Of a DNA stretch of 64,000 nucleotides, positions 20,012 through 30,244 are shown in pieces. Numbering within the stretch: position 1 is the stretch's first letter; each line of letters opens with the position of its first letter. The notes beneath the pieces were generated by a model. It was not told the DNA's origin and did no database searches. It saw nothing but the letters and a program-made list of their open reading frames with translations. Made by a program: the position numbers and the translations under genes. This DNA comes from an uncultured Gammaproteobacteria bacterium (GTDB lineage Bacteria > Patescibacteriota > Patescibacteriia > UBA10025 > JAHIVO01), in contig CAYPXF010000003.1 of NCBI GenBank assembly GCA_964415025.1, positions 41,523 to 105,522 of the forward strand, written 5' to 3'.

Positions 20012-20827
20012 ATGAAACGTTTACTACGCACACGGTGGGGCGGTATTCTGGCAACGCTTAGCATCGGTATATTAATTGTAGTAATTTTTTCATTTGGTGC
20101 GTGGCGGCCAGTACAAGGCGTTATCACTACCGTATTTGCACCGGTACAGCAATTTTTTCATACCACTGCTAATCGGATTAGTGGTATATTCGAGTATTTT
20201 GGAAGCATAGAAGAATTACGGGAGCAGAATGAGGAATTAAAACATCGGGTAGATGAACTTACCGTCGAAAATGTAAAACTCAAAAACGCCGTTGCCGAAG
20301 GTGAGCTTATTCAGGAGGCTGTCGATTATATTACAGAATTTGAACTGCGCTCAATTACCGGCAGGATTATCGGTCGAAGCGCTTCGGAAAACTATGACGT
20401 ACTCATCGTCAATAAAGGCAGTACCGACGGCGTGCGTGAGGGATATCCGGTTATCACAGGAAATGGCATATTAATCGGTCGGGTTATCGTGGCGCAGAAT
20501 GACATATCTAAAATATTAACACTTACCGATAATCACAGTGAATACAGCGCCTATGTAAAAAGCGACACTAATGTGCCAGGTGTTGTCAGCGGTAAATTCG
20601 GCATTTCACTGCATATGGAATTAATTCCCCAGGACGAATCGATTAATGAAGGCGACATCGTGGTGACGTCAGGTCTGGAGGAAAACATTCCGGCAAATCT
20701 CGTTATCGGCAGTATCGCCACTGTACATCACACCGAAGGAGACTTGTTTAAGCAGGCTGTTATCGATCTCTCTGTATCGTATAGTGATATCTCCATCGTC
20801 AATATCCTAATACCATTCGATGCTTAG
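20012..20827 (+). CDS. mreC: Rod shape-determining protein MreC
   Basis: N-terminal TM segment, coiled-coil (EELREQNEELKHRVDELTVENVKLKN), C-terminal beta domain; synteny after mreB. Confidence 0.7.
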   Translation: MKRLLRTRWGGILATLSIGILIVVIFSFGAWRPVQGVITTVFAPVQQFFHTTANRISGIFEYFGSIEELREQNEELKHRVDELTVENVKLKNAVAEGELIQEAVDYITEFELRSITGRIIGRSASENYDVLIVNKGSTDGVREGYPVITGNGILIGRVIVAQNDISKILTLTDNHSEYSAYVKSDTNVPGVVSGKFGISLHMELIPQDESINEGDIVVTSGLEENIPANLVIGSIATVHHTEGDLFKQAVIDLSVSYSDISIVNILIPFDA

Positions 20828-21350
20828 ACGTAGTATTTTTTTTGTCGCTGTAATTATCCTGGCACTTTGGCAGATCAGTTTTTGGTATGAATTTAGCTTA
20901 CTCCGTGTATATGTTTCGCCAATTATCCTCATCGCCATCATATTATCAGTGTGGCGTCCGATAAAAACGTCGCTTGTATTTATCCTGATCGCGGGTATTG
21001 TATTGGATATATATTCTGTCTACGCCTTTGGCATTATCACGGTCAGTCTGCTTATTGTGTACGTATTTATCCGAATAATATTTATGAAATTATTTGCCAG
21101 AAAAACAGTATATGCGCTGACGCTGACTATCGCATCAGGCACTATGCTATACCATTTGACTGCATGGCTTTTGGCTAACGGTACGTACTGGATAGGCTGG
21201 AGTGAAATTACCATGCCGCTTTCTATGACGCTAGCTAGAACGGTGATCGGGCAAGCAGTCGTGCACGCTTTGATCGCCGTGACCCTATATAGTATAATCA
21301 AGATCCTGAAGCGTAAGACAAATATCACCCCTTACACCATAACCTCCTAA
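20820..21350 (+). CDS. mreD: Rod shape-determining protein MreD (polytopic small membrane protein)
   Basis: 176 aa, about 5 TM segments; assigned mainly by position between mreC and the PBP2 gene. Confidence 0.5.
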   Translation: MLRRSIFFVAVIILALWQISFWYEFSLLRVYVSPIILIAIILSVWRPIKTSLVFILIAGIVLDIYSVYAFGIITVSLLIVYVFIRIIFMKLFARKTVYALTLTIASGTMLYHLTAWLLANGTYWIGWSEITMPLSMTLARTVIGQAVVHALIAVTLYSIIKILKRKTNITPYTITS

Positions 21351-21353
21351 CAT

Positions 21354-23279
21354 ATGGCAGCACGAGATATCTTTACTATTGGCGATCCGCTCGACGAGCG
21401 TGTTGACCGCTCATCAGAGAGAAGCGAATGGGTGGAAAATACCTACGTACCAAATGAAGCACAAAGCAATACCTACGTGTCTATGAATTTCAGCATGAAT
21501 AAAATAAGGTGGCTGTTGTTTGTCACGGTCGCAGCTTTCAGTATACTGGGATTTCGCATTGGTTACCTCCAAGTAGCAAAGGGCGATGAGTATCGGAGTG
21601 CCGCAGAGGAGAACAGAATACGTATTTATGATATTAAGGCTCCCCGAGGAATCCTATATGACAAAAACGGTGCCGTTCTTGCCAGAAATATTCCCAATTT
21701 TACGATGAATATCATACCTGGTGATCTTCCGGCCAACAGTACCGAGCGAATTAAGCTGTTTTGGCCGTTTGCCCAAGTGCTGGGTATCAGCGTTGATGAG
21801 ATTATGGCTAAAGTGCATGAGTTACCGGAACATTCCTATCAACAGCACGAGATATTTAAACATATCGACTATGATCAGGCAATATTGCTAAAAATACATT
21901 CAGCAGACACGCCTGGTGTTATAATCCAGGCGAGTACATTTAGAGAGTATATGGGCGGCGATCGCTTCAGCCACGCACTCGGCTATATGGGCAAGATTAC
22001 TGAATCAGAAAAAGAGCGCTATAGCTCATATGCGTTTGATGATTATGTTGGTAAGTCAGGAGTCGAGCTGTCATATGAATCGATTTTGCATGGTGAAAAC
22101 GGCTTGAAGCAGGTCGAGGTCGACTCGTTTGGTAAGGAAAGTAAAGTTATCACAGAATCAGAACCAGTCCATGGCACTAATCTGACACTAACGCTGGATA
22201 AAGATATTCAGGATGCTTTGGGCGAAGCGCTAGCAGACATGGTCGAGCGTACACCAAGCGCAACTGGAGGAGCGGCTATTGCTATGGATCCAAACAACGG
22301 CGAAGTACTTGCGCTTCTGTCGTATCCGTATTTTTCCAATAATGATTTTACCGTGGGATTAACCACCAGTGAGTATCAAGACATTACCAACGCGGAAAAT
22401 AAACCGTTGTTTAACCGTGCTGTTTCAGCCGAATACCCATCTGGTTCGACGATTAAGCCGGTCGTCGCTCTCGCTGGACTGGCAGAGGGCGTAATAACGA
22501 GCCACACGACTATTAATAGTACCGGCGGGATCCGTATTGGCCAGTGGTTTTTTCCTGATTGGAAAGCCGGAGGACACGGCCAAACTGATGTCAAAAAGGC
22601 TATTGCCGAGTCTGTTAACACTTTTTTTTATGCTATTGGCGGGGGGTATGAAGATATTGAGGGTTTAGGAGTCGACCGGATCAAACAGTATTTAGAATTA
22701 TTTGGCCTCAATGCGTTGCTTGGTATTGACATACCAGGTGAGCAAACGGGATTTTTACCTACTAAGCAGTGGAAAGAAGACACTAAAAACGAACGTTGGT
22801 ATATCGGCGACACCTACCATCTTAGCATAGGTCAGGGCGATATACTGGTGACGCCGCTGCAAGTAGCAGCCTATACCGCCACTATTGCCAACGGCGGGAC
22901 GCTGTATCAGCCTCGAGTAATAAAAAAAATGTCAAAAAGCAATGATGAGACTGAAACCGAAGTGCCGCCAACAATTATCCGTGATAATTTCATATCGGCA
23001 AAACATTTTGAAATAGTACGACAGGGATTGCGGGATGGCGTGCTGTATGGTAGTTCTCGAGCGCTAAACGCACTGCCCTTTTCAGTAGCTGGCAAGACCG
23101 GCACTGCACAATTTGGCAACAAAGGGCATACGCACGCGTGGTTTACCAGTTTTGCGCCTTATGAAGACCCGGAAATTGTGGTGACGGTAGTTATCGAGGG
23201 GGGTGGAGAAGGTCATGCCGCGGCCTTACCAGTGGCCAGAGCAGGCCTAGAAGCGTGGTTTGAGCATTACAAGCAGTAA
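21354..23279 (+). CDS. mrdA: Penicillin-binding protein 2 (elongasome transpeptidase)
   Basis: SxxK (SGSTIKP), SxN-like and KTGTAQ motifs; N-terminal TM segment and dimerisation domain; follows mreBCD; the internal ATG at 21483 is an alternative start. Confidence 0.8.
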   Translation: MAARDIFTIGDPLDERVDRSSERSEWVENTYVPNEAQSNTYVSMNFSMNKIRWLLFVTVAAFSILGFRIGYLQVAKGDEYRSAAEENRIRIYDIKAPRGILYDKNGAVLARNIPNFTMNIIPGDLPANSTERIKLFWPFAQVLGISVDEIMAKVHELPEHSYQQHEIFKHIDYDQAILLKIHSADTPGVIIQASTFREYMGGDRFSHALGYMGKITESEKERYSSYAFDDYVGKSGVELSYESILHGENGLKQVEVDSFGKESKVITESEPVHGTNLTLTLDKDIQDALGEALADMVERTPSATGGAAIAMDPNNGEVLALLSYPYFSNNDFTVGLTTSEYQDITNAENKPLFNRAVSAEYPSGSTIKPVVALAGLAEGVITSHTTINSTGGIRIGQWFFPDWKAGGHGQTDVKKAIAESVNTFFYAIGGGYEDIEGLGVDRIKQYLELFGLNALLGIDIPGEQTGFLPTKQWKEDTKNERWYIGDTYHLSIGQGDILVTPLQVAAYTATIANGGTLYQPRVIKKMSKSNDETETEVPPTIIRDNFISAKHFEIVRQGLRDGVLYGSSRALNALPFSVAGKTGTAQFGNKGHTHAWFTSFAPYEDPEIVVTVVIEGGGEGHAAALPVARAGLEAWFEHYKQ

Positions 23280-23303
23280 CAACACCTCTGTGGATAAATG
23301 ATT

Positions 23304-23332
23304 TTGACAAAGTTTGCAAGTCATAGTATAAG
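23304..23332 (+). promoter_or_regulatory. Sigma70-like promoter (TTGACA, 17 nt spacer, TATAAG) upstream of greA
   Basis: Hexamers read directly at 23304-23309 and 23327-23332 with a 17 nt spacer. Confidence 0.4.
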
Positions 23333-23418
23333 TAATATTAGCCACAAAATAAGAAAACAAGAACTATTAAACATGAGTACAACCGAGTTTACTCGGATTT
23401 ATTCTTTTGTATAAGTAT

Positions 23419-23886
23419 ATGAATGAAAACAACACCTACATAACTGAACAGGGCTTGACCAAGCTCAAACAAGAGTATGATAATCTTGTCAATATTCGTC
23501 GGCAAGAGATTGCTGAACGCATTCGAGATGCCAAGGAATTAGGAGATTTATCAGAAAATGCCGAATACGCTGAAGCTAAAAACGAACAGTCTTTTATCGA
23601 AGGTAGAATTCAGGAGATTGAGTCAATTCTGCGCCACGCCACTGTTATTAAGGAATCAAACGAAAAAAAGGACAAAGTAGAGGTTGGATCTAAAATTAAG
23701 ATAAAAGATGGGGATGCTGTTAAAGAATACTATATTGTGGGCTCAAATGAATCTGACCCCACCAAGGGTAAAATATCAAATGAATCTCCGCTGGGTAAAG
23801 CCTTTCTCGGTAAAAAACCAGGCGATACTATAGAAATTGACCTGCCCACCGGCGTCAAAAAGTATAAAATTCAGGCAATTTACTAG
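23419..23886 (+). CDS. greA: Transcription elongation factor GreA
   Basis: N-terminal coiled-coil with GDLSENAEYAEAK, C-terminal FKBP-like domain; start at ATG 23419. Confidence 0.8.
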   Translation: MNENNTYITEQGLTKLKQEYDNLVNIRRQEIAERIRDAKELGDLSENAEYAEAKNEQSFIEGRIQEIESILRHATVIKESNEKKDKVEVGSKIKIKDGDAVKEYYIVGSNESDPTKGKISNESPLGKAFLGKKPGDTIEIDLPTGVKKYKIQAIY

Positions 23887-23948
23887 GAGTGTTGCAACGG
23901 TTGCGATATTGCCGTTATGCTTTGTTTTTGCTATGCTAGAGCATATAT

Positions 23949-25415
23949 ATGAGTCGACAACAAGAAGAATATACCATCAGAAAGCAAAAACTACAGCAGG
24001 CTCAAAATGCTGGCGTTAATGTTTTTCCGGCACGTATCAACCGTACGCACAGCGTGTATGAAACTATAGCTTCATTTGAACAGATTAGCGCTGACCAAAA
24101 CAATATTGCGATTGCGGGCAGACTTATGTCAATCAGGCTACACGGCGGATCCTGTTTTGCGCACCTGTATGACGGCACCGCTACCATACAGGTGTACTTT
24201 AAAAAAGACGAGGTTGGGCCAGATAGGTACCAACAGCTTAAGGAGTTTGCCGATATGGGTGATTTTGTCCAGTGTGCCGGTACTTTGTTTATGACGAGAA
24301 AAGGCGAGCAAACACTCCTGGTAAAATCATTTGACCTCATCGCCAAGGCGTTATTACCTTTACCAGAAAAATGGCATGGTCTTTCAGATACTGAAATTAG
24401 GTACCGTAAACGGTACCTGGATCTGCTCGCTAATCAGAGTGTTAAGCATGTTTTTATTAAGCGGGCCGGCATTGTCAAAGCGATCAGGACCGCCCTAGAT
24501 AACGCTGGTTTTATTGAAGTAGAGACACCAGTACTTCAGCCAATCCCCGGTGGAGCAAATGCCCAACCTTTTGTCACGCACCACAATGCGCTTGACCATG
24601 ATTTTTACCTGCGGATCGCTCCGGAATTATACCTTAAACGATTAATTGTTGGCGGCATGAATAAGGTCTACGAGTTTGCCCGTTGCTTTCGTAACGAGGG
24701 GATAGACCGCGAACATAATCCAGAGTTCACCCAGGTTGAGTTTTATGCGGCTTATTGGGATTACCAGCGTATGATGGAATTTACGCAAACCCTTATCCAT
24801 GACGTTGTGCAGGCAGTAGAAAAAAACAGCAGCATAGAGTATAAGGGCGTTGCAATTAATTTTACCCCACCATTTGATCAATTAACATTTCACGACGCCA
24901 TATTAAAATATACCAAAATCAACCTTCATAAACATACTCCCGAAAGTTTAATTAACCAAACAAAAAAACTGTCAGTTGACCTACCCAAAAATCCTCACAA
25001 GGGAAAAGTGCTCGATGAATTGTTTAAAACATTGGTACGGCCGCATTTGCTCCAGCCCACGTTTATTATTGATCATCCTATTGAACTATCACCGCTGGCC
25101 AAGAAAAAAGCGGACAATGAAAAATACGTCGAACGTTTCCAGCTTCTCTGTGGCGGCACTGAAGTATGCAATGCCTTTTCAGAGCTAAATGACCCGCTCG
25201 AGCAGGAAGACCGTTTTCAAGAGCAGGAACAACAGCGTACTGCCGGCGATGAAGAGGCACAGCGCGCTGACCACGCTTTTATTGAAGCACTATCCCATGG
25301 CATGCCGCCCACTGCCGGAATCGGGATTGGTATAGACCGGTTGACTGCGATTATTACTAATCAGTCAAATCTAAAAGAGGTCATGCTTTTTCCGACGCTA
25401 AAACCTAAACAATGA
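23949..25415 (+). CDS. lysS: Lysine--tRNA ligase (class II)
   Basis: OB-fold N-terminal domain; FRNEGIDREHNPEFTQVEFYAAY; GIGIGIDRL motif 3. Confidence 0.85.
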   Translation: MSRQQEEYTIRKQKLQQAQNAGVNVFPARINRTHSVYETIASFEQISADQNNIAIAGRLMSIRLHGGSCFAHLYDGTATIQVYFKKDEVGPDRYQQLKEFADMGDFVQCAGTLFMTRKGEQTLLVKSFDLIAKALLPLPEKWHGLSDTEIRYRKRYLDLLANQSVKHVFIKRAGIVKAIRTALDNAGFIEVETPVLQPIPGGANAQPFVTHHNALDHDFYLRIAPELYLKRLIVGGMNKVYEFARCFRNEGIDREHNPEFTQVEFYAAYWDYQRMMEFTQTLIHDVVQAVEKNSSIEYKGVAINFTPPFDQLTFHDAILKYTKINLHKHTPESLINQTKKLSVDLPKNPHKGKVLDELFKTLVRPHLLQPTFIIDHPIELSPLAKKKADNEKYVERFQLLCGGTEVCNAFSELNDPLEQEDRFQEQEQQRTAGDEEAQRADHAFIEALSHGMPPTAGIGIGIDRLTAIITNQSNLKEVMLFPTLKPKQ

Positions 25416-25419
25416 GTAG

Positions 25420-25983
25420 ATGAATATTGATACTGACAGAGATAGGGCCATCCAACTGCTGCATGCATACGTAGTCAATGATAATTTACGCAAGCATATG
25501 TATGCTGTTGAAGTGGCTATGCGGGCGTACGCGCAAATATACAGTGAAGATACTGACTGGTGGGGGAATATCGGCCTACTCCATGATTTTGACTATGAAA
25601 AATACCCTGCTGCTGCGGACCATCCTGATAAAGGTGGTGAAATTCTGCGCGCCAAAGGGTATACCGATGAATACATCAAGACCATACGGGCCCATGCGGA
25701 TCACACCGGCGAGCCCAGAGACACCACGGCAAAAAAAGCAATTTTTGCGGTCGATGAACTATGCGGACTGATTGTGGCTACGGCGCTGGTCAAGCCACAT
25801 AAATCGTTGTCAGAAGTATCCGTAAAATCGATCAAGAAAAAAATAAAAGACAGGTCATTTGCCCGACAAATAAACCGTGATGAGATTGAGAAGGGGGCAG
25901 CAGATCTTGATATAGCATTGGACGATCACATTGATATAGTACTCAAATCACTCCAATCCATCGCACCAAAACTTGGCTTATAA
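25420..25983 (+). CDS. HD-domain phosphohydrolase
   Basis: H...HD motif (LLHDFDYEKYP...HPDKG...HAD). Confidence 0.6.
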   Translation: MNIDTDRDRAIQLLHAYVVNDNLRKHMYAVEVAMRAYAQIYSEDTDWWGNIGLLHDFDYEKYPAAADHPDKGGEILRAKGYTDEYIKTIRAHADHTGEPRDTTAKKAIFAVDELCGLIVATALVKPHKSLSEVSVKSIKKKIKDRSFARQINRDEIEKGAADLDIALDDHIDIVLKSLQSIAPKLGL

Positions 25984-25996
25984 TTTACATATACTT

Positions 25997-26476
25997 ATGG
26001 CTATTTCCGCGGATTTAAACCAAATTGAAATCATTATTCGATTGCTGCTGATAATTATTTTATCAGGCCTAATCGGTATTGAACGAAAGCATTACCATAA
26101 GCCAGCCGGATTTCGGACCAATGTCATGGTCGGTCTTGGTTCAGCAATTATTGCGATGACTGCTCTGAATATTTTTCAGTACTTTAATCCCAGTAACACG
26201 ATGGATATCGGCCGCATGGTCGGGCAGATTATTACTGGTATTGGCTTTCTCGGCGCCGGCGCCATAATCCAGAGTCGGGGAGCAGTACATGGCTTAACTA
26301 CGGCGGCCAGTATCTGGGTTGTAGCCGCAATAGGCCTGGCCACCGGACTGGGATTTTACTGGCTGGCAGTGTCTGGTACCATCGCAGCCCTGGCGGTTTT
26401 GATTATTCTCGGTCGGATTGAGCATAAGCTTGAAAACAAAATGTTTCATGAAGAAAAAGAAGAATCTGTTAAATAA
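25997..26476 (+). CDS. MgtC/SapB family membrane protein (N-terminal transporter-like domain only)
   Basis: LSGLIGIERKHYHKPAGFRTNVMVGLGSA signature; about 4-5 TM segments. Confidence 0.6.
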   Translation: MAISADLNQIEIIIRLLLIIILSGLIGIERKHYHKPAGFRTNVMVGLGSAIIAMTALNIFQYFNPSNTMDIGRMVGQIITGIGFLGAGAIIQSRGAVHGLTTAASIWVVAAIGLATGLGFYWLAVSGTIAALAVLIILGRIEHKLENKMFHEEKEESVK

Positions 26477-26482
26477 TATTGT

Positions 26483-27748
26483 ATGCTTGATATTAAATTC
26501 CTACAACAGCATACTGACGAGGCCGCCAAAGCACTCGCTACCCGCGGGGTTGATATTGGTGTGATACACACCGTATTGGCGCTGGATGAGAAGCGGCGTT
26601 CCTTGATTGCTAAAACAGACGAAATAAAAAAAGAAAAAAACAAGTTTTCAAAAAAAATCGGAAATCTTAAACCGGCAGAGAAAAAGCAACGCTTGCAGCA
26701 TATGGAGCGGTTAACCGCCACCGAGCATAAAATTGACGCCGAATTAAAAGCTATCGACCAGCAGATTAAAGAAAAACTGCTGCAACTGCCCAATATTCCT
26801 GATTCACGAACACCATCCGGCAATGATGAGTCAGAAAACCGGGAAATAAAAGCAGTCGGCGACAAACCAGCTTTTGACTATGAACCGCGTGATTATATGC
26901 AGCTGGCTTCCCGGCATGACATGATCGACACAGAACGCGCGGCAAAGGTAAGCGGCTCACGGTTTGGGTATTTAAAAAACGATGGCGCTCTGCTCTGGAA
27001 TGCACTCGTACAATACACACTCCACATCCTTATAAAAAAAGAATTTACACCGTTTTATTCACCTGCGCTGATAAAAGAGCAAATCATGTATGCTACAGGC
27101 TATAATACGTATACAGAGGGTCAGGATGCGTATTATTTGGCGCAAGACAAACTATTCCTGGTCGGCACTGGCGAACACGCGCTGCTGCCGTACCATCGGG
27201 ATGAAATTCTCGACCAGAACAAACTCCCCCTGCGCTATACCACGTACTCTGCCTGTTTTCGCCGGGAGGCTGGTTCATATGGAAAAGATACCAAAGGTAT
27301 CTTACGAGTTCATCAGTTCGATAAACAAGAACTGCTGGCTATCACCATGCCTGACCAGAGCCAGGCTATGTTTGACGAGTTGCTTGGTATTCAGGAACAG
27401 ATTATTAGTTCGCTGGAATTGCCGTACCGCTTACTAGCCGTTTGTACCGGTGACCTGCCCAGGCCATCGTCACGGGTCATTGATCTGGAATGCTGGCTAC
27501 CGTCAGAAAACAAATATCGTGAAACGCATTCAGTATCAAACTGTACCGACTACCAAGCCCGGCGTAATGCCATCAGGGTCAAAACAAATGCTAACAAAAA
27601 AATTAATCCACATGTGCTCAATGCCACTGCTATCACGCCACGAGTCCTGATTGCGCTCATCGAAAACTACCAACAGGCTGATGGCAGTATCAATATACCA
27701 AGGCCGCTTCAGCAATATATGTTCGGCAAAACAAAAATATCCACATGA
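26483..27748 (+). CDS. serS: Serine--tRNA ligase
   Basis: N-terminal coiled-coil arm; class II motifs (FRREAGSYGKDTKGILRVHQFDKQE). Confidence 0.85.
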   Translation: MLDIKFLQQHTDEAAKALATRGVDIGVIHTVLALDEKRRSLIAKTDEIKKEKNKFSKKIGNLKPAEKKQRLQHMERLTATEHKIDAELKAIDQQIKEKLLQLPNIPDSRTPSGNDESENREIKAVGDKPAFDYEPRDYMQLASRHDMIDTERAAKVSGSRFGYLKNDGALLWNALVQYTLHILIKKEFTPFYSPALIKEQIMYATGYNTYTEGQDAYYLAQDKLFLVGTGEHALLPYHRDEILDQNKLPLRYTTYSACFRREAGSYGKDTKGILRVHQFDKQELLAITMPDQSQAMFDELLGIQEQIISSLELPYRLLAVCTGDLPRPSSRVIDLECWLPSENKYRETHSVSNCTDYQARRNAIRVKTNANKKINPHVLNATAITPRVLIALIENYQQADGSINIPRPLQQYMFGKTKIST

Positions 27749-28878
27749 AGCACGCACATACCACCTGGGTAGCGGTGAGTAGCACAGCCCTGAAAAAAAA
27801 CATCCAGCAGTTTAAAAAAATTGTCGGCCCGCATACAGAGCTCATGGCTGTAGTGAAATCAAATGCCTACGGCCATGGTATGATCGAATCCGCGAAACTG
27901 TTCAAAAAATATGGCTGCGCCTGGATTGGCACTGTGGATTTAGAAGAAGCTACTATTTTACGTACCGCAGGATATAGGGGTAATTTGCTAGTATTGAGCT
28001 ACTACTCGCAGGACAAGCTCAAACAGGCAATCCGTCAAAATATTCAGCTGACCATATATCACGAATCAGCCGCTAAGCGTATTTCCGCGCTGGCCAAGCG
28101 CATGCGCCGTACCGCTCATGTTCATGTCAAGGCAGATACCGGCACGTCACGCCTCGGTCTGCCATATCAGACTGCCGCGTCAGTGATTACAAAAATAAAC
28201 CAGCTGCCAAACATAGCAATCAATGGCCTTTTTACACATTTAGCAGACGCGGAAAACCCGGATCAAGCATTTACCAGCATACAGCAGCAGCGATTTGAAT
28301 CACTACTCCAAGCGCTTCGTCGAAAAAACATTTCCATCCCGTATAAGCATATTGCCTGTTCAGCGGCGACAATCCTGAACCAACATACTCACTATGATTT
28401 AGTGCGTCTCGGCATCTCTGCATATGGTCTGTGGTCAGTCCAGGGAACCCAACATATCAGAAGTCAAGTCGATCTCATACCCGCCTTATCATGGCATACC
28501 CGCGTACTGCAGGTAAAAACAATTGCCAAAGGCGAGACAGTTGGCTATAACCGGACCTACCGAGCCAAGCATAAGATGCGTATAGCTGTTATCCCGGTTG
28601 GCTATCACGAGGGGTATGATCGTTCATTGTCGAACAAATCAGCGGTACTGATCAACGGCCGGCGCTGTTCGGTGCGAGGCAATGTCTGCATGAATCTGAC
28701 CATGGTCGACATCACTAACATCAGGCAAACAGTGCGTCCCGGCACTATTGCCACACTGATCGGAAAACAGGGAAAACAAGAAATTACAGCAGATGAATTG
28801 TCACAGCAGGCTGGCACTATTAATTACGAAATTGTCGCTCGTATCCATCCATCTCTGCCTCGAATATATACTAAGTAA
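27745..28878 (+). CDS. alr: Alanine racemase
   Basis: PLP-lysine motif VVKSNAYGHG; 377 aa; immediately upstream of ddl. Confidence 0.85.
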   Translation: MKHAHTTWVAVSSTALKKNIQQFKKIVGPHTELMAVVKSNAYGHGMIESAKLFKKYGCAWIGTVDLEEATILRTAGYRGNLLVLSYYSQDKLKQAIRQNIQLTIYHESAAKRISALAKRMRRTAHVHVKADTGTSRLGLPYQTAASVITKINQLPNIAINGLFTHLADAENPDQAFTSIQQQRFESLLQALRRKNISIPYKHIACSAATILNQHTHYDLVRLGISAYGLWSVQGTQHIRSQVDLIPALSWHTRVLQVKTIAKGETVGYNRTYRAKHKMRIAVIPVGYHEGYDRSLSNKSAVLINGRRCSVRGNVCMNLTMVDITNIRQTVRPGTIATLIGKQGKQEITADELSQQAGTINYEIVARIHPSLPRIYTK

Positions 28879-28891
28879 TTAATTATCATCT

Positions 28892-29101
28892 ATGGCCGAG
28901 GAAAAGCAAACGTTTAACAAAGGTGACCAAGTGCCCGAAGCAGGGGAGTATATCTGCGTACCCTGCGGGTATAAACACGCCTACCATCCCGGGGAAACAT
29001 TTGGCGAATGCACTTCTTGTTTGGCTGGTTCAGCTGATGGCGATCCGGAGTTTGTCGAGGGGTCAGCTATTTGGGAAAAAATCGGCGAACCCCAAGCGTA
29101 A
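28892..29101 (+). CDS. Small (69 aa) putative zinc-ribbon protein inserted between alr and ddl
   Basis: CVPCGY...CTSC four-Cys arrangement; tight spacing in the D-Ala operon. Confidence 0.3.
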   Translation: MAEEKQTFNKGDQVPEAGEYICVPCGYKHAYHPGETFGECTSCLAGSADGDPEFVEGSAIWEKIGEPQA

Positions 29102-29125
29102 GCAGGTTGCCTAATTATCAACAGT

Positions 29126-30244
29126 ATGGCACAAAAAAAACGTGTCGGTGTTATATTCGGCGGACGATCTGGCGAGCATGAAGTATCGCTTGTTTCAGCA
29201 CGCTCGGTAATACGGGCACTAAGCAGCGATCAATATGACATTATTCAGATAGGCATAGCTAAAAACGGCGCTTGTATTGTCCATAATAATCCGCTTAAAC
29301 GCCTGTCGCACGCCACTCCTGAAACAGAATTCCGATCCGAGGCTGTCATCATGCCAGAACCAGACCATCCCGGTATCGCCATACTGTCAGGCAATACCCA
29401 CAAAGACATTGACGTATTTTTCCCTCTGATACACGGCTCTTATGGCGAGGACGGCACGCTTCAGGGATTGCTCGAACTGGCCAATAAACCCTATGTCGGC
29501 AGTAATGTGCTTGGCGCAGCAGTGGCTATGGATAAAGTTATACAAAAACAAATCTGCCAACAAAATAATATACCCGTCGTATCGTACGTGGCCGTGCACA
29601 CCGCAGATACTGACAAGCAAAGACAACAAGCACTCCGTCAGGCTGAATTAATCGGGTACCCGCTTTTTATTAAACCGGCTAATCTGGGTTCTTCTGTCGG
29701 CATTACTAAGGCGCACACCAATGACGAAATGATAGCAGGTATTCAATTGGCCACGCGCTATGACCACAAAACCATCATCGAGCAAGGCATCGAACCAGTG
29801 CATGAAATAGAGATTGCCGTGCTCGGCAATGAACGACCGCGCGCATCAGTGCCTGGAGAAATTGTTGCTTCAAACGAATTTTACGATTACGACGCAAAAT
29901 ACGTAGACGGTAAATCCACTCATGTTATACCAGCCCAACTGCCTGAAGACGTGCTGTCATCACTCCAAGCAATGGCGATCAAGGCATTTCAGGTCTGCAA
30001 TTGCAACGGCATGGCTCGGGTGGATTTCCTCGTGCACCAAAAAACTTATGCATCGTACTGTAATGAAATAAACACGATTCCCGGATTTACCTCTATTTCT
30101 ATGTATGCCAAACTATGGGAAGCCAGCGGCTTACCGTACCGGAAGCTGTTACAGAAACTAATTAAGCTCGGTATTATACGGCACCAAAATAATCAAAATC
30201 TTATTCATACATATTTACCTAAGAATAACTGGCACCAGCAATAA
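29126..30244 (+). CDS. ddl: D-alanine--D-alanine ligase
   Basis: RVGVIFGGRSGEHEVSLVSA...FPLIHGSYGEDGTLQGLLEL; ATP-grasp fold. Confidence 0.85.
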   Translation: MAQKKRVGVIFGGRSGEHEVSLVSARSVIRALSSDQYDIIQIGIAKNGACIVHNNPLKRLSHATPETEFRSEAVIMPEPDHPGIAILSGNTHKDIDVFFPLIHGSYGEDGTLQGLLELANKPYVGSNVLGAAVAMDKVIQKQICQQNNIPVVSYVAVHTADTDKQRQQALRQAELIGYPLFIKPANLGSSVGITKAHTNDEMIAGIQLATRYDHKTIIEQGIEPVHEIEIAVLGNERPRASVPGEIVASNEFYDYDAKYVDGKSTHVIPAQLPEDVLSSLQAMAIKAFQVCNCNGMARVDFLVHQKTYASYCNEINTIPGFTSISMYAKLWEASGLPYRKLLQKLIKLGIIRHQNNQNLIHTYLPKNNWHQQ

